Positions 1 through 13,593 of a DNA stretch of 64,000 bases are shown one piece after another. Position numbers and translations under genes: made by a program. Under the pieces are notes generated by a model that saw nothing but the letters and a program-made list of their open reading frames with translations, did not search any database and was not told the DNA's origin. Origin of the DNA: Gnetum montanum (Eukaryota > Plantae > Gnetophyta); contig MNCI01003306.1 of NCBI GenBank assembly GCA_015680685.1, positions 828,669 to 892,668 on the forward strand, in the 5' to 3' direction. Position 1 is the first letter of the stretch. Each line of letters begins with the position of its first letter.

Positions 1-1
1 C

Positions 2-366
2 TAGTCCTGGCATGTTTGTATATGACCATGTGAACATTTTTATGTTGTCTTTTAAAACCTGAGTGATGTCACCTACAAGTTGTGGATCTAGTAAGGCATT
101 TAATTTCAAGGTTCTGGCTTCGTCATTGACTGTGGTAATGGGGATTTCAACCAAAGGATCTTTAGTGATATTTTTAGCTTCTAGATCTAGAGTTTTAGCT
201 ACATTTTTAGGCCAATATGATGTTTCTTGAGTGGAGGCTATCAAATCGGTATAAGTGGATAGATTTAGATCCAAAGATTCTGGGTGGATCGCTCTTTCTA
301 CATCTCTATACGGTCCGTTGAGAGACAATATTGAGAGGATGTTGTTGGTGGCCATGATGCTTGCTC
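2..366 (-). pseudogene. pol second exon of copy A (region upstream of RT)
   Basis: Open frame ...WPKNVAKTLDLEAKNITKDPLVEIP...LKDNIKMFTWSYTNMPGL, homologous to the pre-RT region of B and D; preceded by TTGGCAG acceptor. Confidence 0.8.
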
Positions 367-1260
367 CTGCCAATTAAAACAGGAGCGAAATAAGAGACAC
401 TCCCTTAGTAGGAGAGTTACAAAGTGTAAACGAACATAGGATAACTAAGCTGGTGGAATGTATAAAGACTGATGTAATGGCCTGAATTTAATTGTGGTAT
501 CAAATAGTTGCATTCTTTCGTCATCTTGATGTTTCATGTAAATATTTTTGTCATTTTTCATGTTTTTTATGGTTTTTCTTTGTTTTCCAGAGTATATGTA
601 TGCCACTAAATGTAACATAAATTTTTAAAGTATAAAGCGAGATGTAAGGTAAATACTTGGAAAAGAAAGCAATGACCGTGCAAGAATCTAAATCGTAACT
701 TGTAACTTGTAAGCAAAAATTCAATTTAAGATGACGAGAGTTTGTAAATTTGTAACTTGTTGGCTCTAGTTTAAAGCCATTTCGAGCTTGGTACATTAGT
801 TTAAAGTCTTGATGGACTGTTGCATCTGTTGTTAAAAAAAGGATTACCAGTTTTATGCCATGGTGGNNNNNNNNNNNNNNNNNNNNNNNNNNNNNNNNNN
901 NNNNNNNNNNNNNNNNNNNNNNNNNNNNNNNNNNNNNNNNNNNNNNNNNNNNNNNNNNNNNNNNNNNNNNNNNNNNNNNNNNNNNNNNNNNNNNNNNNNN
1001 NNNNNNNNNNNNNNNNNNNNNNNNNNNNNNNNNNNNNNNNNNNNNNNNNNNNNNNNNNNNNNNNNNNNNNNNNNNNNNNNNNNNNNNNNNNNNNNNNNNN
1101 NNNNNNNNNNNNNNNNNNNNNNNNNNNNNNNNNNNNNNNTGTCGTCTTGTGTTTCTTCAGTGCTAGTTGGATTGTGAGTCAACGTTGGGTTCACGTTTTG
1201 ATATATGTTCCTGGTTTCTTGTTTAGGCTTAACGAACTCAATTTCTAACCCTTGACCTAC
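367..1260 (-). other. Putative PR-RT intron of copy A (contains N gap)
   Basis: Donor G|GTAGGT at 1260 and acceptor TTGGCAG| at 367 are both phase 1; AT-rich and non-coding; a TGA just before the donor must be read as a mutated CGA. Confidence 0.6.
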
Positions 1261-4200
1261 CTCAGGGTATGAGGAAGTGATCGATGGTGTTGTATCCCCA
1301 AGGCAGGTGGATCTTCTGATGGATTGGTGAGGATACGGCTTTGAGTTGAGCTAGCCAAGGACATCCTAGGATCAGATTAAACCCTGGCATTTCATCAACC
1401 ACTATAAATTCAGCTGATGTAGGGAATTGGTCTCCGATTATGAAATCTAAGGTAACCATGCCTTTCACTCCCACACGGGAACCACTGAAAGATCTCAAGA
1501 AAGAAGTTGTTGTGGGTTGTACTTGTTTAGTGAGTCCCAATTTTTCGATGATGAAAAAAGGTATTACATTTTTTGTTGCACCATCATTGACATGCACCCT
1601 ACGTATTTTGAAATGATCAACCTGTATTGTTATGAACATAGGGGCTGTGGTGATTCCCCCTATTTTCACATCTAGCTTAATGTCCTTAACGTGGAACTCT
1701 AGGAATGTGGTCTTTGATCCTTGAAGTTGTGGGGACAATACTGCATAAATGGATGGTTCATTTACAGTAAGATCCTCACTAACAGGAATTGAAGTTAGCA
1801 TCCGTACGAGAGCCTCTCGATGTACTGGTGAAGTCATTACTAGGTCATACAAACTTAAAGAAGTATTCTTTTGTTTTAAGGCTTGTGTGACCTGGGTCAA
1901 CGCATTTGCTAGGTCTTTACCATTTGGGACATTCTTATCCGTAGAGATTTGGTCCATTTGACCTAGCATTCGTATTTCTCATGGAGGGGTTTTTACACTA
2001 GTAGCTGAGGATGGTGGGTTTGGGATGTGACTCACGACTTCTTCTTTGTTTTGGTGGCTTGTACTAGGTTCATTAATGGCAGCCTCATGGGAATGGCGCT
2101 TAGCGGTGTAGGCTTAGGCAATCCGAATTCGTGTCCATGGCTTTCTCTCTCTGTGTGCTCTCTTTTTTCTCTTTCTAAACGCTCTCTTATTAGCCTATCG
2201 ACAAGACGTTCTTACAAAGGTTGTCGAGAAGTGGAGGTGGGTTGTGTGCTAAGGTGGCACCCGGACCACAAAGGGAATGGGTCAATTTTTAGATGGTATG
2301 TTTGTTGTGGTGGAAATCGAAGGAGGTATGCAAATGATGAATGGTTTTGATGGTGTGGGGGACATGCGGATGATAAAAGGAGCTTGAGGAGATGTTAGGG
2401 TAGGTGTGTTTTCTGAAGGCCTCTGAATCACAAAAGGTCATCGTGGAACGTCTTATCTGTTNACCCCCATGGATTGGTTTTGGGGTTTTACTGGGTTTGT
2501 CTCGTCGAACACTACTTCACCCCTATCAATCATGCGTTGTATGTCTTGTTTCAATGTAAAGCAGTAATCAGTTCCATGGTTGGGTCTTTGGTGATACTCG
2601 CAAAATATATCCAACCTAAAACCTTTTAGAATGGGAGGTTCGTTGGCTGTTGCTAAGGCTGGATTTTTGGCTAATTCACAAAAGCCATCATGTCTTTGTG
2701 AGGCCGTAGGAGACATTTATTTGTGTTGAATTAGCCCAACCTTTAGAAGTTGGTCAAGTAGTTGTGAAGGCTTCATGGGCAATGGTGTATATTGAGCTGG
2801 GTCTTTCCTTTTAAAGGTACGGGCATGACTTGTGTTGTTGTTTCTATTTGAGGAATTTTTAGGTGTATGAGTAGATGTGGTTCTTTCATAGTTGTTTAGG
2901 ATAGCGGGTTGTTTTCTCTTAGTCACTGCTACTACCTTTGTTTTGGATTTATCTTTCCTCATGTGTTGGCTCCTAAAGGTTGAGTAGGCTGGGTCATTAC
3001 TTGTTTGTGCCGCTTCTTCTATGTCTTTGATTTGCACGAATGATTGGCTCAATGTGCAGACTTTCAGGTAATAAAGTTTTGACTTAATAAAGTCATTCAT
3101 GACTGACTTAAGGATGGTGAGTAAATATGTTTCGGGGATAGGTTCATGAAGTTCATTTAAGGCTGCACTCCACCTTTGGATAAATTTCTACATTGGCTCT
3201 AATGGCGCTTGTTTAAATTGAATCAAGCTATCTAACGTGGCTTCAAGTTTCAGATTGTACTTGAAATGGATGAAAAATTGATGCAACAAATTTTCTAAAG
3301 AAGATATGGAGCTACGGGGTAAAGATTGGTACCAGTCTAAGGCTTTTCTGGTTAAGGACATTGCAAACACTCACAAAATTACATGGGGCCATGCTTGAAG
3401 TAAAAGGCTTTCGGTTCTAAATATTACTAGGTGGGCATTTGGGCCTCCCTCTCCATTGTACTTGGTCAACTGAGGTAACAAGACTCCTTTTTGCAAGGTT
3501 AAGGGTGGAATTGAGGGGTCAATTGGGTCATCTTGATAGAAATCTAGTACCTTGACTTCCTCATTGTTGAAAGTTTTAAGGCGTTTTAATTCTTCTGCCA
3601 ATGAGTACATCATTTTTTGTGTGTTTGCCCATTCTTGGGCGGTAGGCAAATCGGTGGATTGAGTGGATTGTGGATGATAATGATTTAATTGTTGCATTGT
3701 TTGTGGAAAGAAAGGTTGTTGGGCTAACATTTGTTGTGGTGGGATGGTATTCGGGACTGAGACTACTGGTGGAACCCATTGCCCAACCATAGGTTGTGAG
3801 GTAACATCCTGAACATGTTGGGTTGGAGTAATCAATGATGCTCCATGGATTTGTACCTGAGGTATGTAACGGGTGGATGTGGAAGGTGGTATGACTGATG
3901 GTATTCCAATTACTTGAGGTTGGAAGATTGACTTTGCATTGGTTTGGGGAAGGAGTTGTTGGGACTGTACTTGTGGAGGAATGATGGAAGTAGATGCATT
4001 AGAGTGAATATTATTGGGTACAGAGAAGATAGGAATGGAAGTAGGTATCTCTTGTCGGGAAAATGGTGCTCGAGCGTTTGCAGATGAAGGAGGAAGCACA
4101 TTTTTTTCCAGGAAAGGGTGGAATAATGGGTTTGTGTAGGCATGGGGGCTAACGGTATGGTATAATTCTCCATGTTCAGATTGGGCTACAAAGTCATCTT

Positions 4201-4609
4201 CTTCATCTTGAGGCTCTATAGGAGGTAGTTGTAAGGCTTGACTTCTAGCCATAAGAAGCTAGGATATGAGTTTATGATGGTCTTCAGACAGTGGAATTAT
4301 GTCAAATGTTGAAGGGATAAACTCATGTTCTCCTTTGTGGATAAATTCATATTCTCGCTTAGCTTCCCTCTCTACACGATCAATGGGTAGGTTGGCTAGG
4401 ATTTTGACATAGATAAAGTTATATTGTTCGGGTGTAAGAGTCGCATGAATAGGGCCTTTGCCCTGTAGCCTGAGGGATTGGCGTGTAGGGCCTTGAGGAT
4501 TTATGTGTTCAATAACGGTTATGGATTCCGTAGCAATCATAGGGTTTGAAGCTTCAATCCCAAAGTCAGCAATCGGTAGTGTTATTGGGTTGACTTGGGA
4601 GGATTCCAT
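1261..4609 (-). pseudogene. gag-protease of copy A
   Basis: Pro/Gln-rich N-terminus, capsid (KYNGEGGPNAHL...SLTRKALDWY), knuckle CEYHQRPNHGTDYC, protease RVHVNDGAT...NLILGCPWL; in-frame stops. Confidence 0.9.
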
Positions 4610-5013
4610 GATAAATGTGACTGGACTAGGCTAGATGAATGGGGTTGGATTGCAAGCAGTTGTAGTGTGACCGTGACACAAACACTATGTGACCAAACTA
4701 ATCAATCTAGACCAACAAGCAGCACATGAATACTGAAAATTTGTTTAAGTGTCTAGCGTGTGAACATTGAAAATTTATCTAGGTGTGAATTACAATAAAT
4801 TCGGCTTTGAAATGGATGCGTTTTGTGTGTTTTTGTTGAAAAAACACTATAGCGGAATTGTAGCAGCCGCAAAGCACTGTAGCAGCGTAAGGTTACTGTA
4901 GCAACTACAAAACACTGTAGCAGTGTGAGCACGTGGTTTCAGCACTTTATTTGGGTAGTGTTTGAATAGGTAATGTGATTAGCATTTTGATTAAACAAAA
5001 AACAAGTCAGGCG

Positions 5014-5028
5014 CTCCTTCTAGCGCCA
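5014..5028 (-). promoter_or_regulatory. Primer binding site (tRNA-Asn)
   Basis: TGGCGCTAGAAGGAG 4 nt from LTR end; complementary to the plant tRNA-Asn(GTT) 3' end CTCCTTCTAGCGCCA. Confidence 0.8.
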
Positions 5029-5032
5029 AAAT

Positions 5033-6557
5033 TGTACTTTCCTAAATCGTCGGTGTGAGCCTGGAAGGGAAATAGATACCGAAAGATCATCGGGTAGTCA
5101 CAGCTGATCCTTCCTTCACCCGAGGGCAAGTTGGAAAAGTAAACAAAGGTAGAGTGCCCTGGATGGTCTGCACGCAAATCAACCAAGGACTTCCCTGAGC
5201 GTAAGTTATGGCTAGTGCTAGGGTTATCGTGAACGATGTAAATAGGATGTAAACGGAATGCAAACAGCAACACAAAAATGTAAACAGAGCATACTGAATT
5301 ATAAATAAAGCGCAAACAGAGCTATATTGTAAAAAAAGCATAAACCGAAGTAAATAATGTAAATAGGAGGCAATGAACTGTATTGTATTGTTTAATAAAA
5401 AGATATGCACTAGTCAAAGTGTAGCTGCACATGTGGATGGCAGGTCAAGCACTAAGCCTCGGGATGATGTCTGAAGTGTTGTGATGAATGTGAGAAATGC
5501 TTGGATGCCAACAGTCAGGTGTGCCAAGTGCCCAAGAATTGCAGGTTTTGTCCTCTCTCAGAATTTTCAATCTCTACAATTTTTGCCTCCTCGATTCATG
5601 TGAATTGATGGGGTATTTATAGGGTTGGGCTGGGCTCCAGCACAAAATTTCCAAAATGGAATCAACGGCTGGGAGATGAGAGGAAAGCAGATCTAGTGAC
5701 ATGTATCCAATGGACAGTTGTGTTCGGTTTGGGTGTGTGCTGGCGAGAGTTGGATGTGTGTCGGCAAGCTACGTTCTTGACCAGGTGCATCGCATTTTAC
5801 AATTTATGGGTTATTCAATCCCATAAAAGTACATTTAATTTAGACCATAGGGCCTGATTATCCCACAAATAAAAATTTACAATGAAATGTACGAGCGAAA
5901 TTTGATCTATCCTGCTTGAAACTTCTCTGTCCCTGAGTTTTTTTGAAATTTTCTGGAAGTTGTTGATGCTGAGAATTTTCTGGAAGTTGCTGATGCTGAG
6001 AATTTTCTGCCATTTTCTAAAATTTTTCTGGAATTTTCTAAAAGTCGATGAATAGTGTTCACACGATCAAGAGTGTTTACGCTGTGAATAGTGTTTACAC
6101 GATGAATAGTGTTTATGCTGTGAATAGTGTTCACGTGGATGAATAGTATTTTCATGGATGAATAATGATTTACACATCCTTACGCTATGTAGCATAAGAA
6201 AATGTAGCCCCAGCGTAATCAACTGAAAACACCTCATTTAAGGCCCGAATTTTGAATTTCTGGAGCTGGAAGCTGCTGGGGACCTTGGTGAAGGTCATGG
6301 ACGGTCCTTGTGCCTGATTTCGGCTTATTTTGATTCAGTTTCAGGGCCCCAAAAGTTGGTGACGCTGATCCTTACGTTGTGCAGCGTAAGCATAGTGCAA
6401 GCACATTGTACTTAGCCAAAATTACACTTTTTGACCTTGAAACTGATGATTCTTGACACCGAGAGGGACCTTGCTTGCTCCATGGTGAGCTATTTGAAGC
6501 CATTTTAGAGGCTCTGAAGTTGTCTGAAAGTGTTGCTAAAATTTTTGTGGTGTTTCA
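5033..6557 (-). repeat. 5' LTR of copy A (about 1.5 kb)
   Basis: Starts TGAAACACC as in B, C, D and the solo LTR; ends TACA next to PBS; TATAAATA at 5614-5621. Confidence 0.85.
5945..6172. repeat. Short tandem repeats in U3 of LTR A
   Basis: GAATTTTCTGGAAGTTGYTGATGCT units followed by about 7 copies of an 18-bp GAATAGTGTTYAC unit. Confidence 0.8.
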
Positions 6558-9500
6558 GGCAGCATGAACTATTAGTAGTTAGACTAATGGATGATGTAAG
6601 GCTCATTTGGCAAAGTCTTAAACACTTTATATTCAAGCTTGAAAACTAAAACTATGCCTCTAGCTCTCAAGGGATTCTAAAATACTTTAAGTTTTTGGTT
6701 ATTTGGATGCATAGTGGATGGATGCCTCTCAAATACTATTTTATCCTTATCAATGAGATCCTGAATATCATCTCTTAGATTCCTACAGTTATCTATATCA
6801 TGTCTAATAGTTTTATGATGGCAGTATTTTTTTTGGAAGTCATACCACTTAGGCACCTCAAGGTTACCTTCTTGTCTTTGTGAAGGATCCTACTTAGGGA
6901 TGGTCATCTTTGTGAAAGTAGCTAAGGGAGCATTGTTTTGTCCCTTAGAGAAAGAAGAAACACCTATAAAAGTCAGTTGTTCCTTCTCTTGTTTGGTAGA
7001 CTTATTAGCCTTGTTACAGATTGATATGAATTCCTAGTCTTTGCATTAAATAACTACTTCTTCAATGCATCTAGCATTCAGGAAAGCCTAATTTAGAAAG
7101 TAAGGCTTAGGATAAGCTATCCTTTTTTGAATGTAGTCAATCAATGCAACTTCAAATATGTCTTGCAAGTGACATTTCTTCAAATGATAAGGTAGTTTCA
7201 TCAATGTTGTTGTCCATCAAAAAATTAATTTATCAATGGACTTATTTGAACTTGTTTAATGGCAATGAAAGACATCATGCTTGTACATTAAGATATATTA
7301 AACTTGAAATGTTCAATGAATACTATTAGTAGTTGCTCTAGAGAGGTGATAGATTCGTATGCTAGGGATCTATACCATTCCAAAGCTCTTCCAAAAAGAG
7401 AGTTTGAAAAGCATCTTAGTATAATGTATGGGTAAGATGCTAGAAGCATGCATTCATTTCTAAATGTGACCACATGATTGATGGAATCTCACATTTTTCC
7501 ATTTTACTTAGTGAAAGTAGGTAGTGAAACTTCCTTAGGAAAGATGAACAAAGAAATTACATAGCTTATGGGATCACTTAAGATCCAATCTAAGGAAATA
7601 GGAGAACTTTCTTACATGCTTAATGCCTTTGTCATTTTGCCTTTGTTGTTTTGAAAATAGAGCATCATGTTGTTAAGTAATGCCAGCAACTATGGATCTA
7701 ATTCCAATGAGTTGATAATAGATGGAAGTATAGAAAATGATGAGGATGTTAAAGGAGGATGCACATAGGGAATGGATCCAAAGGTTATAGGGGTTGGTGT
7801 ACCCAAGAAGATTGCATTTGATGGGTATACAAGAAAAGAGAACATGCTAGTAGCTTGAGAAATGCTAAATGATGATGGAGTGGGAGCAAAAAGTAGAAAA
7901 AGATGAAAGGATGGTATGGTAGGTTGTGGTTAAGGAATAAAGGTGAAACATAGGATTGAAAATGGAATGATGATTGCTAACATTATTAGGTGAAAAAAGT
8001 TGGTATGGTGAAATAAAATTTGATGGAGGGCTAAAAGGTTTAGTAGTGACCGGAACAAATTTAGATGTAGTACTTTGAAAAGCTAAAATTATGATGTTAT
8101 GAATATGATGAGATAGAGGGTTGCTTTTCCAAAGTTTTCTTATTAGTTATTCTTCCTCTTCATCTGTTAGGTAGATATCAAATTTGGAAACCACACTTTC
8201 TCTTCTTCCTCTGAGAATGATGTGTGAACCAAGAGGCTGATCTAGGATGTTCTCTATCCTAGCTTTTTTATTTTATAAGTGAATACATTATTGCATCTTC
8301 TCTTACTCCATGATAAGTTCTAGTATCTCCTTAGCTTCCTCTTCATCTAGTTCAATTGGATAATCAATGTTAGGAAGAAATGATGGTAGATCATTAGTGC
8401 ACTCATATTCTACCATGAGCTTATACATATCAAGTGTCAAAATAAATCCTAGCTTCCATTTGGCATAGGATATTTTGTAGCCCTTTAAGCTTATTCAACC
8501 TAAAAATCCTTGATTTCTCCTTAGATTCATTAGCCTCTAGATCTTGGAGGAGCTCAAAGTCAATGATGATGATATAGCAACAATTATAGAAATGATGTAA
8601 CTTCACCAATTCATCCTTGCAAACATGTTCATACTTGGAAAAGAAGATGAAAAGTTGTGGTTTCAAGAAGAACGTTGAAGTCACAAAGATCAATGTAACA
8701 ACAATATTTTTTACGCAACAAGTCAATGAAAGTTGACAAATAAAAACAAAGCAACTACATTAGAGTTGCAAAAAATTAATAATGATGTGTCTATTTCAAC
8801 ACAACACATTCGTAATACTTGAAAAAGTGTAGAAGAAACAAAATTTAAAACTGTAAGTAGAGAGTAAATCCTAAAAACAATGTTTAGTTTCACAAAAGCC
8901 CTCCTTCTAGTGCTAGAAAGATGTTATGGTAAGGATCATCATAATTTGAGATCTGACACAACGTAACATAAAACTAATCTAAGAAATCTTGTGGCCACCA
9001 AACGATAATCAAAAGGGGACTTGAAAATCATTGAAAAAATCTGATAATCTAAGCTAAAATTTTTAGCCAAATGCTAGTGGATTAAAAGTGGGAAAGAAAA
9101 TATTTATGCATAGAATAACCAATAGAAAATATGTAAAAGCACACATAATGTAGATCTAGATAAAATAAAGCATGGTATGTGGCTAGTAGAAAAGAGTGAT
9201 TAACGATAAATCATAAAACAAAATAGATCTAATTCATTAAAGCATTAAATCAAAGAAGAAAGCATTGAAAAAAAATAGATCTATAATAGATCTAGATAAT
9301 ACCAAAGATAAAGAACTAAAAAAAGGCAAGATCCAAATTATAAGGGAAATCATAAAATAAAAACCTATTAGAAATATTCTAAGAGGTGTACCAAGGATCA
9401 GAGGCATGTAATGAAGAACTATGTTACCCCGTTCTTTCTCCAGTGCATGCATCTAATGTAAATCTGACAAGAATGTTTGCAGATTCAATAGCTAATGAAG

Positions 9501-11800
9501 CAAAGGGATGGATCAAATTGATATGTGATCCTTGAAACACTACAAAAATTTGCATGTTATAGCCAGTCTTCATCATGTAGCTTTCACCCCATGAAACCCA
9601 AGGCAAAACTTCATTGTAAATGTGATGATTGTAACCCACAGTGGGCAATTTCACATACTTTATACTTTTGGGACTAAAAAATGCCTTATAAGTGGTCAAA
9701 GCCTCATTTCCCAAGTGAAAAAAGTGACCTAGTGTCTATACTTGGGCTTGGGAGGTGTTCAAAAATGCCTTCTAGAATGCCAATCAAGGCAATTTAATGG
9801 GTTTTATGGGGTGTATACATTTTTCTACATTAGAAACACATGTAGGGGGTAGATCTCACCTACCCTAGCATGGAAGGATGGGGGTCTTGGAAACTTTCTC
9901 CTTTTAACGTGGAGATGACATGCATAACTTGGAAACTTTTCCCCTCAGTGTGGAAGTTTCCCCCTAGTGTGGAATCTTCATCCCTAGCGTGGAAAATTAC
10001 ATCCCCTAGCGTGGAAGCCACAAAAGCCAAAATTCATCACTTCATGTACTCTAACATTGACCAGCCACTTTAGCAAGCATGGTGGAGAGCCCAGTGTAGA
10101 AGATTCATCTCCAATGTGTAAGGTGTGCCCAATTACTATTTATAGTAAATGGAATGGCCATGGGGGGAAGCACTTAACCCCCCAAATTTGGGCATCCATC
10201 TCATCTTAATTTGGCAACCAATTTGCAACCAGTTTATACTCAATTTTCAACCATTTTTGTAATCAAATCATGGCCATTTTGTAACCCTGTTCATGGCCCA
10301 AAGAACCTATAAAAACTAGCCTCCAACACTTTTTATAGGTTTGGCAATTTTTCTCAAGGTTCCAAAATTTGGAGCAAGTTTAGCATTATCAAGCAATTTT
10401 TGGCATACACACAACATTGCTCATAATTCCACACTTGGGGCATTCTTAGGTACTTAAGAGCTCTTACAAGTTCCCATACTTGCATTCTCTTGAACCCTAG
10501 CATGGAAGCATTATAGCCTTAAGATTTGTGGATTTTGGTTGTCAACATTGCACTTCTGGGATTCCCAAACCCCAACATGAAGCAATCTACCATACAAAGT
10601 TTTGACTTTTCTCATCCACAGTAATGACCCAACTAGAAAATTTGATGTTGCATCAATTGAGGAAGGTTTTATAGCATCAAAAGTGGTAAGTACCATGATC
10701 ATGGAGTAGATCCCATTGGCTTCAATGGGCTTTGAACTCCTACACCAATGACCCGCCTTTTTCTATCGACTCAGGCATCATTTGTATACATTTCTTGAAC
10801 TTATTCTTTATTTTCTTTCTAAATAAATTTTTAAGTTTTAGTTTTTGTACATGAAATATATTTGTTTTTATCTATGCATTATTTCAGATCTTTTATCAAT
10901 TTTGCATTCTGTTTCCTATTATTCCCACATTTTGAATTTCATAAGTCCCTAGTTAATTTGCTAAACTGGCAAGGGTACCTTGAATCCCATTTTTCTTGTG
11001 AAGGCCCTAGGGATTCAGGGTTGGGGAACTACTGCACTAATGATCCTTGGTTTTTCTAGTGATTGAGGTTTTTGGTTGCAACAATCCTAATTTTGAGTAA
11101 TTCTCCATGTGTTAGAAGGACAACACAAAAGGAATACAATGTATCAGTAGAGAAAAGGGGAGAGAAATCAAAGGAGCTTATTATTTCTAGAGAGCGTGTA
11201 GTTATTTTGCAAAGAGGAAAAGTATTTGAAAGAAGAAAAACTATGTTGAGTAGTAAATATAGTTACCAAATGCTGAGCATATGCTAATTGTTTTCAAAAG
11301 CCAAATGTAGAAAAATGCTAACCAACCCCTTTTCATTTAGGAGTATCCTTCTATTTATAGGCCAAAAATGCCTCATAAACTATGTAGAAACAATTCAACA
11401 AGGCCTACAGAATCTTTTGAAATGTTCTAGATAGAAGAATTGACATGTAGTTAATTGCTATAAAAATTAACCTTGGATCTCAAATGTAGGATTAACATTG
11501 GATGTCAAAGGTTGAAAGTAGAATTGATGCTAGAACTAACATTCAACATCGAAATTGAGATCTTTAGAGGATGAGCCAAAAATGATGATGTGAGACATCA
11601 CTTCTAGGAAGAGTTAAAAATGAAGACTAGAAACTAAGCTACATATGACACAAGATATCAAATCTAGACTACTAAAGTTGGATTTAATGCTAAAAAGCCA
11701 TAGAATACGCTTCAAACTCTAACTCAAGTAGAAAAGGCCAAAGCGGGTACAACACCAAATACATTATTTCTACATTGATAAAGTTTTTTTCATTTTCTTT
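6558..11800 (-). mobile_element. Old degenerate related element A0 (gag relic, PBS, LTR); boundaries approximate
   Basis: gag relic 7288-7473 (VTFRNEC...SLFGRALEWYRSL); PBS-like CCCTCCTTCTAGTGCTA at 8899-8915; minus-strand TATA near 11352. Confidence 0.6.
9422..11083 (+). repeat. Probable old solo LTR inserted in the LTR of A0
   Basis: TGTTAC...GCAACA termini, CCTATAAAA near 10306, 3' end resembles U5 ends of B and C; no TSD recognisable. Confidence 0.4.
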
Positions 11801-13593
11801 TTCATTTTCCATATTGCATTCATTATACATAATGTCGAATGTTACGTATATTTGATGATTGCCATGACATATGGAAATGTGATGTCATACTCATAGCTAG
11901 TAAGACAAAGCGGTAATACATTTTCCTAGAGTGACTTCAGATCATGCACAAACTTGTTAGTATGGACACATTCATTCTTTTGAATGCGTGGGATGAAAAT
12001 AGTTAACTTTAAGAAAAAAATGTGATACTTAAGGATAAAAAGATTTCCTTGGTAAACTAGTAGAACTCATCCTCCTTGGTCTCTTCATATTCTACTAAGA
12101 CATTATTTCTTGAAGACCATAAGAAACTTGCTCCAAGGAACATCAGTCTTCTTCTAGTCCTTTGCTATCTTCTGAGTCTTCCACCATTGTCCTACTGAAT
12201 CTTTTGATTGATACATTGTTGCTTGCCTAGTCTCTTGTGTAGCCATGTATCCCATTAATTTGAGAACCTTATTTTCTTTGTTAAGCTCCTCAATGACTAT
12301 TGTTATGTCCTTAACACCAGTAAAGGAAGGTGACCCAAGCTCACAAAACTATTCCATAAGCTCCATACTAATTAGCTATTTGTTACTCCTTGCTTCACTT
12401 TCCATAGTAGAGGAAGTCACTAGAGTTTCCTTTGTTTATTATTTTAGAAAATTCAATAGGTACTTGTTAATATCTTCATGGTTGACACCTATACCTATTG
12501 CCAGAGCCAAAATACGAGGATCTCAAATGTGCATATCAAGATCTGTAGTATCATTTGAAATCTACAATGGATTCATATTCAAACCACTATGTGTAGGATT
12601 CTTATGCATCTTATCACTTGCCATCTCCACACTATAAATCATAAGTCATCAAGCACTCATGGAAACCTACTATCTAATACCAACTTATAAGACTCTCAAA
12701 ACCAAGCTAGGCTAGAGAGATATTATGTTAGGGATTGACATTAAATGATAGGTTAGACATGAAATATGAGTAGTGAAACCATCTAATATACACATAAAAT
12801 TGCATACGTGATAACAAATAATTAAGTATGCATTAAATATAAATACTAAAAAACTAAAATCTCTAATGCATCTCATAACACCACTAAAGAATAATCAAGA
12901 GCATAATCAAAAATCCGATATATCATCCATAAGCTCAAAAAGATATATTATCCGATACAAAATGAACAATGTCATAAAAACCTATTAATTTAACACACAT
13001 AAAATTCCATCCATCAAAACTATCCCATATATGCCAATGAGCTATCTTATGTAGCATCATCACCTAGATGGAAATAAGAAGTCAATATACATTGAGTAGA
13101 AGCTTTTAATACCTCAACCATTCGACTTGTAGGTAAGAACCATGGAATAGGAGTCTTGAACATGGATAATAGACTTGCACACCACATTGATATGCAAGTG
13201 TATACATATGTTGTAATGCCTTGTGTTCTTGATCCCTTAGTCTATCTTTAACTTTCATTAATCTTTGGTTATCTTATGTTTTGTAGAGGATCTGAACTCA
13301 TTATTGTGTGTTCCATTATATTTGTGAAACCTTTTAAATTATCTTTTAATTAACTTTCCTTGTACTATTATGGTCTTCCTTTTTGAAAATATCCCTCTTT
13401 TGAATTTTCATTTTTGTATCAATTAGCATATTTTGTTAATATTGTTTTATTGAGCTTTTGGATTTGGATGTTACTAATTTCTTATGTTTTTTTTTGCTAA
13501 GAATAGGTTGATGGAAGGTGATACATGCTATGAATAGGTAGATAAGAATTTTGGAAAATATCATACTTACTTGCATAAAGCTTTCTTCTATTT

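Larger units (their letters stand above)
1..6557 (-). mobile_element. Tat/Ogre-like Ty3/Gypsy LTR retrotransposon copy A (5' LTR, PBS, gag-PR, intron, start of RT exon; continues left of window)
   Basis: LTR, tRNA-Asn PBS, gag and protease ORF fragments, and a pre-RT segment (MFTWSYTNMPGL) are collinear on the minus strand. Confidence 0.9.

Noticed and set aside
820-1248. ORFs made of X residues (also near 21168-21481 and 49697-50102)
   Set aside because: Artefacts of assembly N gaps
4259-4609. Separate Ogre-type ORF1 upstream of gag
   Set aside because: In frame with gag and separated by a single stop; homologous N-termini in B and C lead into gag
11800-13593. Relic element with a possible tRNA-Met PBS near 12672-12682 (also 32347-33632)
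   Set aside because: Too degenerate to define boundaries or domains by eye
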